From: the human T2T-CHM13v2.0 reference genome, Homo sapiens
Assembly: GCF_009914755.1 (NCBI RefSeq)
Contig: NC_060933.1
Length of the DNA: 64,000 nt
Reading direction: 5' to 3' (one strand)
The first letter of the stretch is position 1, and each line of letters starts with the position of its first letter. The translations under genes and the position numbers were made by a program. Below are positions 1 to 12,399 of this stretch, in pieces. The notes under the pieces are model-generated. The model worked only from the letters and a program-made list of their open reading frames with translations. It made no database searches and was not told the origin of the DNA.

Positions 1-1016
1 GGGGAATGGAATGGAATGGAATGCAATGAAATGGAATGGAATGGAATGGAATGGAATGCAATGGAATCAACTAGATTGCAATGGGATGGAATGGAATGGA
101 ATGGAATGGAAGGGAATGGAATGGAATGGAATTAACCTGAACAGAATGGAATGGAATGGAATGGAACGGAATGGAAGGGAATGGAATGGAATGGAATTAA
201 CCTGAACAGAATGGAATGGAATGAAATGGAACGGAATGGAATGGAATGGAATGGAATGGAATGCAATGGAATGGGATCAACCCGAGTGCAGGGGAATGGA
301 ATGGAATGGAATGCAATGGAATGGAATCAATCAACCCGAGTGCAATAGAATGCAGTGGAATGGAATGGAATGGAATGGAAATTACCCGAATGGAATGGAA
401 TGTAGTGGAGTGTAAGGGAATTAAAAAGAATCAATCCGAATGTAATGGAATGGAATGGAACGGAATGGAATGGAATGGAATGGAATGGAGTGAAATGGAA
501 TGGCATGGAATGGAATGGAATCAACCCGAGTTCAATGGAATGGAATCGAATGGAATGGAATGGAATGGAATGGATTCAACCCGAATGGAATGGAAAGGAA
601 TGGAATAAACCCGAGTGAAATGGCATGGAAGGGAATGGAATGGAATGGAATGGTAAGGAATAGAATGGAATGGAACGAAATGGAATGGAATGGAATGGAA
701 TGGAATGGAATGGAATGAACCCGTGTGCAATGGAATGGAATGGAATGGAATGGAATGGAATGGAATGGAATGGAATGGAATGGAATCAACTCGATTGCAA
801 TCGAATGGAATGGAATGGAATTAACCCGAATAGAATGGAAAGGAATGGAATGGAACGGAACGGAACGGAATGGAATGGATTGGAATGGAATGGAACGGAA
901 TGGAATGGAACGGAAAGGAATGGAATGGAATGGAATGGAATGGAATGGAATGGAATGGAATGGAATGGAATCAACGCGAGTGCAGGGGAATGGAATGGAA
1001 TGGAATGCAATGGAAT

Positions 1017-1031
1017 GGAATCTTCCGGAAT
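1017..1031 (+). promoter_or_regulatory. Perfect three-pentamer heat-shock element consensus match (gGAAt cTTCc gGAAt); representative of >=23 copies
   Basis: GGAATCTTCCGGAAT matches nGAAnnTTCnnGAAn exactly. This is a sequence match only; occupancy is not shown. HSF1 binding to SatIII after heat shock is established. Confidence 0.6.
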
Positions 1032-3009
1032 GGAATTGAATGGAATGGAATGGAATGGAATGGAATGGAATAAACCCGAGTGCAATGGAATGGAGTGGAA
1101 TGGAATGGAATGGAATGGAACAACCCGAATGGAATGGAATGTAATGGAGAGTAAGGGAGTTGAATAGAATCAATCCGAATGTAATGGAATGGAATGGAAT
1201 GGAATGGAATTGAATGGAATGGAATGGAATGCAATGGAATGGAATCAACCCGAGTTCAATGGAATAGAGAGGAATGGAATGGAATGGAATGGAAACTACC
1301 CGATTGGAATGGAATGTAATGGAGTGTAAGGGAATTGAATAGAATCAATCCGAATGTAATGGAATGGAATGGAACGGAATGGAATGGAATGGAATGGAAT
1401 GGAATGGAATGGAATGCAATGCAATGGAATGGAATCAACCCGAGTGCAATCGAATGGAATCGAATGGAATGGAATGCAATGGAATGGATTCAACTTGAAT
1501 GGAATGGAAAGAATGGAATCAACACGAGTGGAATGGCATGGATTGGAATGGAATGGAATGGAATCAACCCGAGTACAGGGGAATGGAATGGAATGGAATG
1601 CAATGGAATGGAATCATCCTTAATGGAATGGAAACGAATGGAATGGAATGGAATGGAATGGAATGGAATGGAATGGAATGGAATCAACTCGATTGCAATC
1701 GAATGGAATGGAATGGAAGTAACCCGAATAGAATGGAATGGAATGGAATGGAACGGAACGGAACGGAACGGAATGGAACGGAATGGAATGGAATGGAATG
1801 GAATGGAATGGAATGGAATAGAATCAACGCGAGTGCACGGTAATGGAATGGAATGGAATGCAATGGAATGGAATCTACCGGAATGGAATGGAATGGAATG
1901 GAATGGAATGGAATGGAATAGAATGCAATAAACCCGAGTGCAATGGAATGGAGTGGAATGGAATGGAATGGAATGGAACAAGCCGAATGGAATGGAATGT
2001 AATGGAGAGTAAGGGAGTTGAATAGAGTCAATCCGAATGTAATGGAATGGAATGGAACGGAAGGGAATGGAATGGAATGGAATGGAATGCAATGGAATGG
2101 AATCAACCCGAGTGCAATGGAATGGAGAGGAATGGAATGGAATGGAATGGAATGGAAACTACCCGAATGGAATGGAATGGAATGGAGTGTAAGGGAAGTG
2201 AATAGAATCAATACGAATGTAATGGAATGGAATGGAACGAAATGGAATGGAATGGAATGGAATGGAATGGAATGGAATGCAATGGAATGGAATCAACCCG
2301 AGTGCAATCGAATGGAATCGAATGGAATGGAATGCAATGGAATGGATTCAACTTGAACGGAATGGAAAGAATGGAATCAACACGAGTGGAAGGGCATGGA
2401 TTGGAATGCAATGGAATGGATTCAACCCGAGTACAGGGGAATGGAATGGAATGGAATGCAATGGAATGGAATCATCCGTAATGGAATGGAAAGGAATGGA
2501 ATGGAATGGAATGGAATGGAATGGAGTGGAATGGAATGGAATCAACACGATTGCAATCGAATGGAATGGAATGGAATTAACCCGAATAGAATGGAATGGA
2601 ATGGAATGGAACGGAACGGAACGGAATGGAATGGAATGGAATGGAACGGAACGGAACGGAATGGAATGGAATGGAATGGAATGGAATGGAATGGAATGGA
2701 ATCAACGCGAGTGCAGGGGAATGGCATGGAATGGAATGCAATGGAATGGAATCTTCCGGAATGGAATGGAATGGAATGGAATGAAATGCAATGGATTCAA
2801 CTCGATTGCAATGGAATGGAATAGAATGGAATGGAATGGAATGGGATTAACCCGAATAGAATGGAATGGAATGGAATGGAACGGAATGGAACGGAATGGA
2901 ATGGAATGGAATGGTATGGAATGGAATGGAATGGTACGGAATAGAATGGAATGGAACGAATTGTAATGGAATGGAATTGAATGGAAAGGAATGGAATGGA
3001 ATGGAATCA

Positions 3010-4550
3010 ACGCGAGTGCAGGGGAATGTAATGGAATGGAATGCAATGGAATGGAATCATCCGGAATGGAACGGAATGGAATGGAATGGAATGGAATCAA
3101 CCCGAGTGCAATGGAATGGAGTGGAATGGAATGGAATGGAATGGAACAACCCGAATGGAATGGAATGTAATGGAGAGTAAGGGAGTTGAATAGAATCAAT
3201 CCGAATGTAATGGAATGGAATGCAACGGAATGGAATGGAATGGAATGGAATGGAATGGAAATTAATAGAATGCAAAGGAATGGAATCAACCCGAGTGGAA
3301 TGGCATGGAATGGAATGCAATGGATTGGAATGGAATGGAATCAACTCGAGTGTAAAGGAATGGAATGGAATGGAAAGGAATGGAATGAAGTCAATTCGAG
3401 TGGAATGGAATGGAATGGAATGGATTGGAATGGATTGCAATGGAATGAAATGGAATGCAATGGAATGGAATCAATCATGGAAGGGAATGTAATGGAGTGG
3501 AAAGAAGGGAATGGAATCAACCCGAGTGGAATGCAAGGCAATGGAATGGAATGGAAAGGAATGGAATGGAATCAACTCGATTGCAATGGAATGGAATGGA
3601 ATGGAATGGAATGGAATGGAATGGAATGGAATTAACCGGAATAGAATGGAATGGAATGGAACGGAATGGAATGGAATGGAAGGGAATGGAATCAACACGA
3701 GTGCAGGGGAATGGAATGGAATGGAATGCAATGGAATGGAATCATCCGGAATGGAATGGAATGGAATGGAATCAACTCCATTGCAATGGAATGGAATGGA
3801 ATGGAATGGAATAGAATGGAATGGAATTAACCCGAATAGATGGAATGCAATAGAATGGAATGCAACGGAACCGAATGGAGTGGAATGGAATGGAATGGAA
3901 TCAACCCGAGTACAGGGGAATGGAATGGAATGGAATGCAATGGAATGGAGTCATCCGTAATGGAATGGAAAGGAATGGAATGGAATGGAATGGAATGGAA
4001 TGGAATCAACTCGATGGCAATCGAATGGAATGGAATGGAATTAACCCGAATAGAATGGAATGGAATGGAATGGAACGGAACGGAATGGAATGGAATGGAA
4101 TGGAATGGAATGGAATGGAACGGAACGGAATGGAATGGAATGGAATGGAATGGAATCAACGCGAGTGCAGGGGAATGGAATGGAATGGAATGCAATGGAA
4201 TGGAATCTTCCGGAATGGAATGGAATGGAATGGAATGAAAGGCGATGGATTCAACTCGATTGCAATGGAATGGAATAGAATGGAATGGAATCCACGCGAG
4301 TGCAGGGGAATGGAATGGAATGGAATGCAATGGAATGGAATCTTCCGGAATGGAATGGAATGGAATGGAATGAAAGGCGATGGATTCAACTCGATTGCAA
4401 TGGAATGGAATAGAATGGAATGGAATGGAATGGAATGGAATGGAATGGAATTGAATGTAATGGAATGCCTTCAAACCGAATGGAATGGAAAGGAATGGAA
4501 TCAACACGAGTGGAAAGGAATGGAATGGAAAGGAATGGAATGGAATGGAA
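3010..4550 (+). repeat. ~1.5 kb segment with an inverted copy at ~9540-10970
   Basis: Shared rare variants in mirror order: TGAAGTCAA/TTGACTTCA, CAATGGATTGG, CAACTCCATTGC, GCAACGGAACCGAA, TGAAAGGC/GCCTTTCA, GCCTTCAAACCGAA. Confidence 0.82.
4158..4425 (+). repeat. 135-bp tandem duplication (2 copies)
   Basis: ACGCGAGTGCAGGGG...TCTTCCGG...TGAAAGGCGATGGATTCAACTCG repeats at +135 (4202/4337). Confidence 0.9.
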
Positions 4551-5530
4551 TGGAATGGAATCAACTCGATTGGAATGGAATGGAATGGAATGGAATGGAA
4601 TGGAATGGAATTAACCCGAATAGAATGGAATGGAATGGAATGGAACGGAACGGAACGGAACGGAACGGAATGGAATGGAATGGAATGGAATGGAATGGAA
4701 TGGAATGGAATCAACCCGACTGCAGGGGAATGGAATGGAATGGAATGCAATGGAATGGATTCAACTTGAATGGAATGGAAAGAATGGAATCAACATGAGT
4801 GGAATGGCATGGATTGGAATGGAATGGAATGGAATCAACCCGAGTACAGGGGAATGGAATGGAATGGAATGCAATGGAATGGAATCATCCATAATGGAAT
4901 GGAAAGGAATGGAATGGAATGGAATGGAATGGAATGGAATGGAATGGAATGGAATGGAATCAACTCGATTGCAATCGAATGGAATGGAATGGAATTAACC
5001 CGAATAGAATGGAATGGAATGGAATGGAATGGAACGGAACGGAATGGAATGGAATGGAATGGAATGGAATGGAATGGAATGATACGGAATAGAATGGAAT
5101 GGAACGAAATGGAATGGAATGGAATGGAATGGAATGGAATGGAATGGAATGGTTCCGAGTGGAATAGGAGGGAATGTATTCGAGTGGAATGGAAAGGAAT
5201 GGAATCAACCAGAGTGGAATGGAAGGGAATGGAATGGAATGGAAACTAATAGAATGGAATCAACCCGAGTGGAATGGAATGGAAAGGACTGGAATGGAAT
5301 GGAATGGAATGGAATCAACTCGATTGTAATGGAATGGAATGGAATGGAATGGAATGGAATGGAATTAACGCGAATACAATGGAATGGAATGGAATGGAAC
5401 GGAATGGAGTGGAATGGAATGGAATCAACACGAGTGCAGGGGAATGGAATGGAATGGAATGCAATGGAATGCAATCATCCGGAATGGAATGGAATGGAGG
5501 GGAATGCAAAGCAATGGAATCAACTCGATT

Positions 5531-7057
5531 GCAATGGAATGGAATGGAATGGAAAGGAATACATTGGAATCAACCCGAGTGGAATGGAATGGAAAGGACT
5601 GGAATGGAGTGGAATGGAATGGAATGGACTGGAATGGAATGGAATGGAATCAACTCGATTGGAATGGAATGGAATGGAATGGAATTAACCCAAACAGAAT
5701 GGAATGGAATGGAATGGAACGGAACGGAACGGAACGGAACGGAATGGAATGGAATGGAATGGAATGGAATGGAACGGAACGGAACGGAACGGAATGGAAT
5801 GGAATGGAATGGAATGGAAAGGAATCAACGTGAGTGCAGGGGAATGGAATGGAATGGAATGAAATGGAATGGAATCTTCCGGAATGGAATGGAATGGAAT
5901 GGATTAGAATGGAATGGAATGGAATGGAATGGAATCAACCCGAGTACAGGGGAATGGAATGGAATGTAATGCAATGGAATGGAATCATCCGTAATGGAAT
6001 GTAAAGGAATGGAATGGAATGGAATGGAATGGAATGGAATGGAATGGAATGGAATGCAATGGATTCAACTCGATTGCAATGAAATGGAATAGAATGGAAT
6101 GGAATGGAATGGAATGGAATGGAATGGAATGGAATGGAATTAACCGGAATAGAATGGAATGGAATAGTATGGAACGGAACGGAATGGAACGGAACCGAAT
6201 GGAATGGAATGGAATGGAATGGAATGGAATGGAATTGTATGGAACGGAATGGAATGGTACAGAATAGAATGGAATGGAAAGAATTGGAATGGAATGGAAT
6301 CGAATGGAATGGAATCGAATGGAATGGAATGGAATGGAATGGAATGGAATGGAATGGAATGGAATGGAACCAACCCGAGTCCAATGGAATGGATTGGAAT
6401 GGAATGGAATGGAACAACCCGAATGGAATGGAATGTAATGGAGAGTAAGGGAGTTGAATAGAATCAATCCGAATGTAATGGAATGGAATGGAACGGAATG
6501 GAATGGAATGGAATGGAATGGAATGCAATGGAATGGAATCAACCCGAGTACAATGGAATGGAATGGAATGGAATGGAATGGAATGGAATGGAATGGAATG
6601 GAATGGAATGGAATCAACCCGAGTGCAATGGAATAGAGAGGAAAGGAATGGAATGGAGTGGAAACTACCCGAATGCAATGGAATGTAATGAAGTGTAAGG
6701 GAATTGAATAGAATCAATCCGAATGGAATGGAATGTAATGGAACGGAATGTAATGTAATGGACTGGAATGGAATCAACCCGAGTGCAGGGGAATGGAATG
6801 GAATGGAATGCAATGGAATGGAATCATCCGGAATGGAATGGAATGGAATGGAATGGAATCAACCCGAGTGCAAAGGAATGGAGTGAAATGGAATGGAATG
6901 GAATGGAAACAACCAGAATGGATTGGAATATAATGGAGTGTAAGGGAATTGAATAGAATCAATCTGAATGTAATGAAATGGAATGGAACGGAAAGGAATG
7001 GAATGGAATGGAATGGAATGGAATGGAATGCAATGGAATGGAATCAACCCGAGTGCA
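5531..7057 (+). repeat. ~1.5 kb segment with a near-identical inverted copy at ~18729-20235
   Basis: ORF peptides 6704..6886(+) vs 18895..19077(-) differ by 1 residue, and 6768..6956(+) vs 18825..19013(-) by 2. Shared variants include GTGCAAAGG, GAAGTGTAAGG, GGAACCAACCCG, GGAACCGAA and GGAATACATTGG. Confidence 0.85.
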
Positions 7058-7070
7058 TTCCATTGCATTC
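7051..7070. other. Strand-switch junction 1 (G-rich strands converge)
   Basis: GAGTGCA|TTCCATTGCATTC. The switch falls at or within TGCA (7054-7057), with no inserted foreign bases. Confidence 0.95.
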
Positions 7071-10000
7071 TGGTTGTTTCCATTCCATTCCATTCCATTT
7101 CAGTCCATTCCATTGCACTCATGTTGATTCCATTCCATTCCATTCCATTGCATTCCATTCCATTCCATTCCGGATAATTCCATTCCATTGCTTTCCATTC
7201 CATTCCATTCCCCTGCACTCGGGTTGATTCCATTCCATTCCATTACATTACATTCCGTTCCATTCCATTCCATTCCTTTCGGATTGATTCTATTCAATTC
7301 CCTTACACTCCATTACATTCCATTCCATTCGGGTAGTTTCCATTCCATTCCATTCCATTCCTCTCCATTCCATTGCACTCGGGTTGATTCCATTCCATTC
7401 CATTCCATTCCATTACATTACATTACATTACATTCCGTTCCATTGTACTCGGGTTGATTCCATTCCATTGCATTCCATTCCATTCCATTCCATTCCATTC
7501 CGTTCCATTCCATTACATTCGGATTGATTCTATTGAACTCCCTTACTCTCCATTACATTCCATTCCATTCGGGTTGTTCTATTCCATTCCATTCCGTTCC
7601 ACTCCATTCCATTGCACTCGGGTTGATTCCATTCCATTCCATTCCATTCCATTCCATTCCGCATGATTCCATTCGATTGCATTCCGTTCCATTACATTCC
7701 CCTGCACTCGGGTTGATTCCATTCCATTCCATTCCATTCCATTCCATTCCATTCCATTCCAATTCTTTCCATTCCATTCTATTCCGTACCATGCCATTCC
7801 ATTCCATACAATTCCATTCCATTCCATTCCACTCCGTTCCGTTCCGTTCCGTTCCGTTCCGTTCCATTCCATTCTATTCCATTCTATTCGGTTTAATTCC
7901 ATTCCATTCCATTCCGTTCCATTCTATTCCATTCCATTGCAATCGAGTTGAATCCATTGCATTCCATTCCATTCCATTCCATTCCATTTCATTCCATTCC
8001 GGAAGATTCCATTCCATTGCATTCCATTCCATTCCATTCCATTCCATTCCATTCCATTGTACTCGGGTTGATTCCATTCCATTGCATTCCATTCCATTCC
8101 ATTCCACTCCATTGTACTCGGGTTGATTCCATTCCATTGCATTCCATTCCATTCCATTCCATTCCATTCCGTTCCATTCCATTCCATTACATTCGGATTG
8201 ATTCTTTTCAACTCCCTTACTCTCCATTACATTCCATTCCATTCGGGTTGTTCCATTCCATTCCATTCCATTCCACTCCATTCCATTGCACTCGGGTTGA
8301 TTCCATTCCATTCCATTCCATTCCATTCCGGATGATTCCATTCCATTGCATTCCGTTCCATTCCATTCCCCTGCACTCGGGTTGATTCCATTCCATTCCA
8401 TTCCATTCCATTCCATTCCATTCCATTCCATTCCATTCCATTCCATTCCCCTGCACTCGCGTTGATTCCATTCCATTCCATTCAATTCCATTCCTTTCCA
8501 TTCCAGTCCTTTCCATTCCATTCCATTCGGGTTGATTCCATTCTATTAGTTTCCATTCCATTCCATTCCCTTCCATTCTACTCTGGTTGATTCCATTCCT
8601 TTCCATTCCACTCGAATACATTCCCTCCTATTCCACTCGGAACGATTCCATTCCATTCCATTCCATTCCATTCCATTCCATTCCATTTCGTTCCATTCCA
8701 TTCTATTCCGTATCATTCCATTCCATTCCATTCCATTCCATTCCATTCCATTCGTGTTGATTCCATTCCTTCCCATTCCATTCGGTTAGAAGGCATTCCA
8801 ATCCATTCCATTCCCTTCCATTCCATTCCATTCCATTCCATTCCATTCCATTCCATTGTACTCGGGTTGATTCCATTCCATTGCATTCCATTCCATTCCA
8901 TTCCATTCCATTCCGTTGCATTCTATTCCATTACATTCAGATTGATTCTATTCAACTCCCTTACTCTCCATTACATTCCATTCCATTCGGGTTGTTCCAT
9001 TCCATTCCATTCCATTCCACTCGATTCCATTGCACTCGGGTTGATTCCATTCCATTCCATTCCATTCCATTCCATTCCATTCCATTCCATTGCGGATGAT
9101 TCCATTCCATTGCATTCCGTTCCACTGCACTCGGGTTGATTCCATTCCATTCCGCTCCATTCCCTTCCATTCCATTCCATTCCATTCCATTGTATTCGGG
9201 TTAATTCCATTCCATTCCATTCCATTCCATTCCATTCCATTCCATTCCATTCCATTCCATTCCATTACAATCGAGTTGATTCCATTCCATTCCATTCCAT
9301 TCCATTCCATTCCATTCCAGTCCTTTCCATTCCATTCCACTCGTGTTGATTCCATTCTATTAGTTTCCATTCCATTCCATTCCCTTCCATTCCACTCTGG
9401 TTGATTCCATTCCTTTCCATTCCACTCGAATACATTCCCTCCTATTCCACTCGGAACGATTCCATTCCATTCCATTCCATTCCATTCCATTCCATTCCAT
9501 TCCAGTTCGTTCCATTCCATTCTATTCCGTACCATTCCATTCCATTCCATTCCTTTCCATTTCATTCCTTTCCACTCGTGTTGATTCCATTGCTTTCCAT
9601 TCCATTCGGTTTGAAGGCATTCCATTCCATTCAATTCCATTCCATTCCATTCAATTCCATTCCATTCTATTCCATTCCATTGCAATCGAGTTGAATCCAT
9701 TGCCTTTCATTCCATTCCATTCCATTCCATTCCATTCCGGAAGATTCCATTCCAATCCATTCCATTCCATTACATTCCCCTGCACTCGCGTTGATTCCAT
9801 TCCATTCCATTCCATTCCATTCCGTTCCGTTCCATTCCATTCCATTCCATTCCATTCCATTCCGTTCCGTTCCATTCCATTCCATTCCATTCTATTCGGG
9901 TTAATTCCATTCCATTCCATTCGATTGTCATCGAGTTGATTCCATTCCATTCCATTCCATTCCATTCCATTCCATTCCATTCCTTTCTATTCCATTACGG

Positions 10001-12399
10001 ATGACTCCATTCCATTGCTTTCCATTCCATTCCATTCCCCTGTACTCGGGTTGATTCCATTCCATTCCATTCCACTCCATTCGGTTCCGTTGCATTCCAT
10101 TCTATTGCATTCCATTCTATTCGGGTTAATTCCATTCCATTCTATTCCATTCCATTCCATTCCATTCCATTGCAATGGAGTTTATTCCATTCCATTCCAT
10201 TCCATTCCGGATGATTCCATTCCATTGCATTCCATTGCATTCCATTCCCCTGCACTCGTGTTGATTCCATTCCCTTCCATTCCATTCCATTCCGTTCCAT
10301 TCCATTCCATTCCATTCTATTCCGGTTAATTCCATTCCATTCCATTCCATTCCATTCCATTCCATTCCATTCCATTCCATTGCAATCGAGTTGATTCCAT
10401 TCCATTCCTTTCCATTCCATTCCATTGCCTTGCATTCCACTCGGGTTGATTCCATTCCCTTCTTTCCACTCCATTACATTCCCTTCCATTCCACTCGGAA
10501 TGATTGATTCCATTCCATTCCATTCCATTTCATTCCATTGCAATCCATTCCAATCCATTCCATTCCATTCCATTCCACTCGAGTTGACTTCATTCCATTC
10601 CTTTCCATTCCATTCCATTCCTTTCCACTCGAGTTGATTCCATTCCATTCCAATCCATTGCAATCCATTCCATGCCATTCCACTCGGGTTGATTCCATTC
10701 CTTTGCATTCCATTCCATTCCATTCCATTGCATTCCATTCCATTCCATTCCGTTGCATTCCATTCCATTACATTCGGATTGATTCTATTCAACTCCCTTA
10801 CTCTCCATTACATTCCATTCCATTCGGGTTGTTCCATTCCATTCCATTCCATTCGACTCCATTCCATTGCACTCGGGTTGATTACATTCCATTCCATTCC
10901 ATTCCATTCCATTCCGGATGATTCCATTCCATTGCATTCCGTTCCATTACATTTCCCTGCACTCGGGTTGATACCATTCCATTCCATTCCATTCCATTCC
11001 ATTCCGTAAGATTCCATTCCATTGCATTCCATTCCATTCCATTTCCCTGCACTCGGGTTGATTCCATTCCATTCCATTCCATTCCATTCCATTCCGTTCC
11101 ATTCCATTCCATTCCATTCTATTCTGGTTAATTCCATTCCATTCCTTTCGATTCCATTCCATTCCATTCCATTCCATTGCAATCGAGTTGATTCCATTCC
11201 ATTCCATTCCATTCCGTTCCGGATGATTCCATTCCATTCCATTCCATTCCATTCCATTCCCCTGCAGTTGGGTTGATTCCATTCCATTCCATTCCATTCC
11301 ATTCCATTCCATTCCATTCCATTCCGTTCCGTTCCATTCCATTCCACTCCATTCTATTCGGGTTAATTCCATTCCATTCCATTCCATTCCATTCCATTCC
11401 AATCGAGTTGATTCCATTGCATTCCATTCCATTCCATTCCACTCCATTCCAGTCCTTTCCATTCCATTACACTCGGGTTGATTCCATTCTATTCCTTTCC
11501 ATTCCATTCCATTCCATTGCAATCGAGTTGATTCCATTGCTTTGCATTCCATTCCATTCCATTCCATTCCGGATGATTCCATTCCATTGCATTCCTTTCC
11601 ATTCCTTTCCCTTGCACTCGGGTTGATTCCATTCCATTCCACTCCATTCCGTTCCATTCCATTCCATTCCATTCCATTCCATTCCATTCCATTCCAATCG
11701 AGTTGATTCCATTCCATTCCATTCCATTCCATTCCATTCCATTCCAGTCCTTTCCATTCCATTCCACTCGGGTTGATTCCATTCTATTCATTTCCATTCC
11801 ATTCCATTCCATTGAAATCGAGTTGATTCCATTGTTTTGCATTCCATTCCATTCCATTCCATTCCGGATGATTCCATTCCATTGCATTCCGTTAAATTAC
11901 ATTCCCCTGCACTCGGGTTGATACCATTCCATTCCATTCCATTCCATTCCATTCCGGATGATTCCATTCCATTGCATTCCATTCCATTCCATTCCCCTGC
12001 ACTCGGGTTGATTACATTCCATTTCCTTCCCTTCCATTCCTTTCCATTCCATTCCATTCCATTCTATTCGGGTGAATTCCATTCCATTCCATTCCATTCC
12101 ATTCCATTCCATTCCGTTCCGTTCCATTCCAATCCATTCCATTCTATTAGGGTTAATTCCTTTCCATTCCATTCGATTGCAATCGAGTTGATTCCATTCC
12201 ATTCCATTCCGTTCCATTCCATTCCATTCCATTCCTTTCCATTCCATTACGGATGATTCCATTCCATTGCATTCCATTCCATACCATTCCCCTGTACTCG
12301 GGTTGATTCCATTCCATTGCATTCCAATCCATGCCCTTGCACTCGTGTTGATTCCATTCTTTCCATTCCATTCAAGTTGAATCCATTCCATTGCATTCC

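Larger units (their letters stand above)
1..7057 (+). repeat. HSat3 block 1, G-rich (GGAAT) strand on +
   Basis: GGAAT orientation up to ...GGAATCAACCCGAGTGCA ending at 7057. Confidence 0.97.

Noticed and set aside
323-340. DUX4-like site in GGAATCAATCAACCC
   Set aside because: Only the AATCA half matches TAAYYYAATCA, which is too weak to call.
984-990. G-quadruplex potential at AGGGGAA cassettes
   Set aside because: The G4 runs are single and far apart; no cluster of four G3+ tracts was seen.
1146-2220. CRISPR-like recurrence of a ~40-bp repeat
   Set aside because: The intervening sequence is satellite of variable length (hundreds of bp), not unique spacers. There are no cas genes and the context is eukaryotic satellite.
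7051-7070. Strand switches as sequencing or assembly fold-back chimeras
   Set aside because: The arms differ by many substitutions and cassette-level indels and have spacers, whereas a read fold-back gives near-perfect arms. A misjoin cannot be fully excluded without reads.
6949-7227. Chimeric MEWNG->IPFHS ORF (and the reverse at 56625-56834)
   Set aside because: It simply reads across the strand switch.
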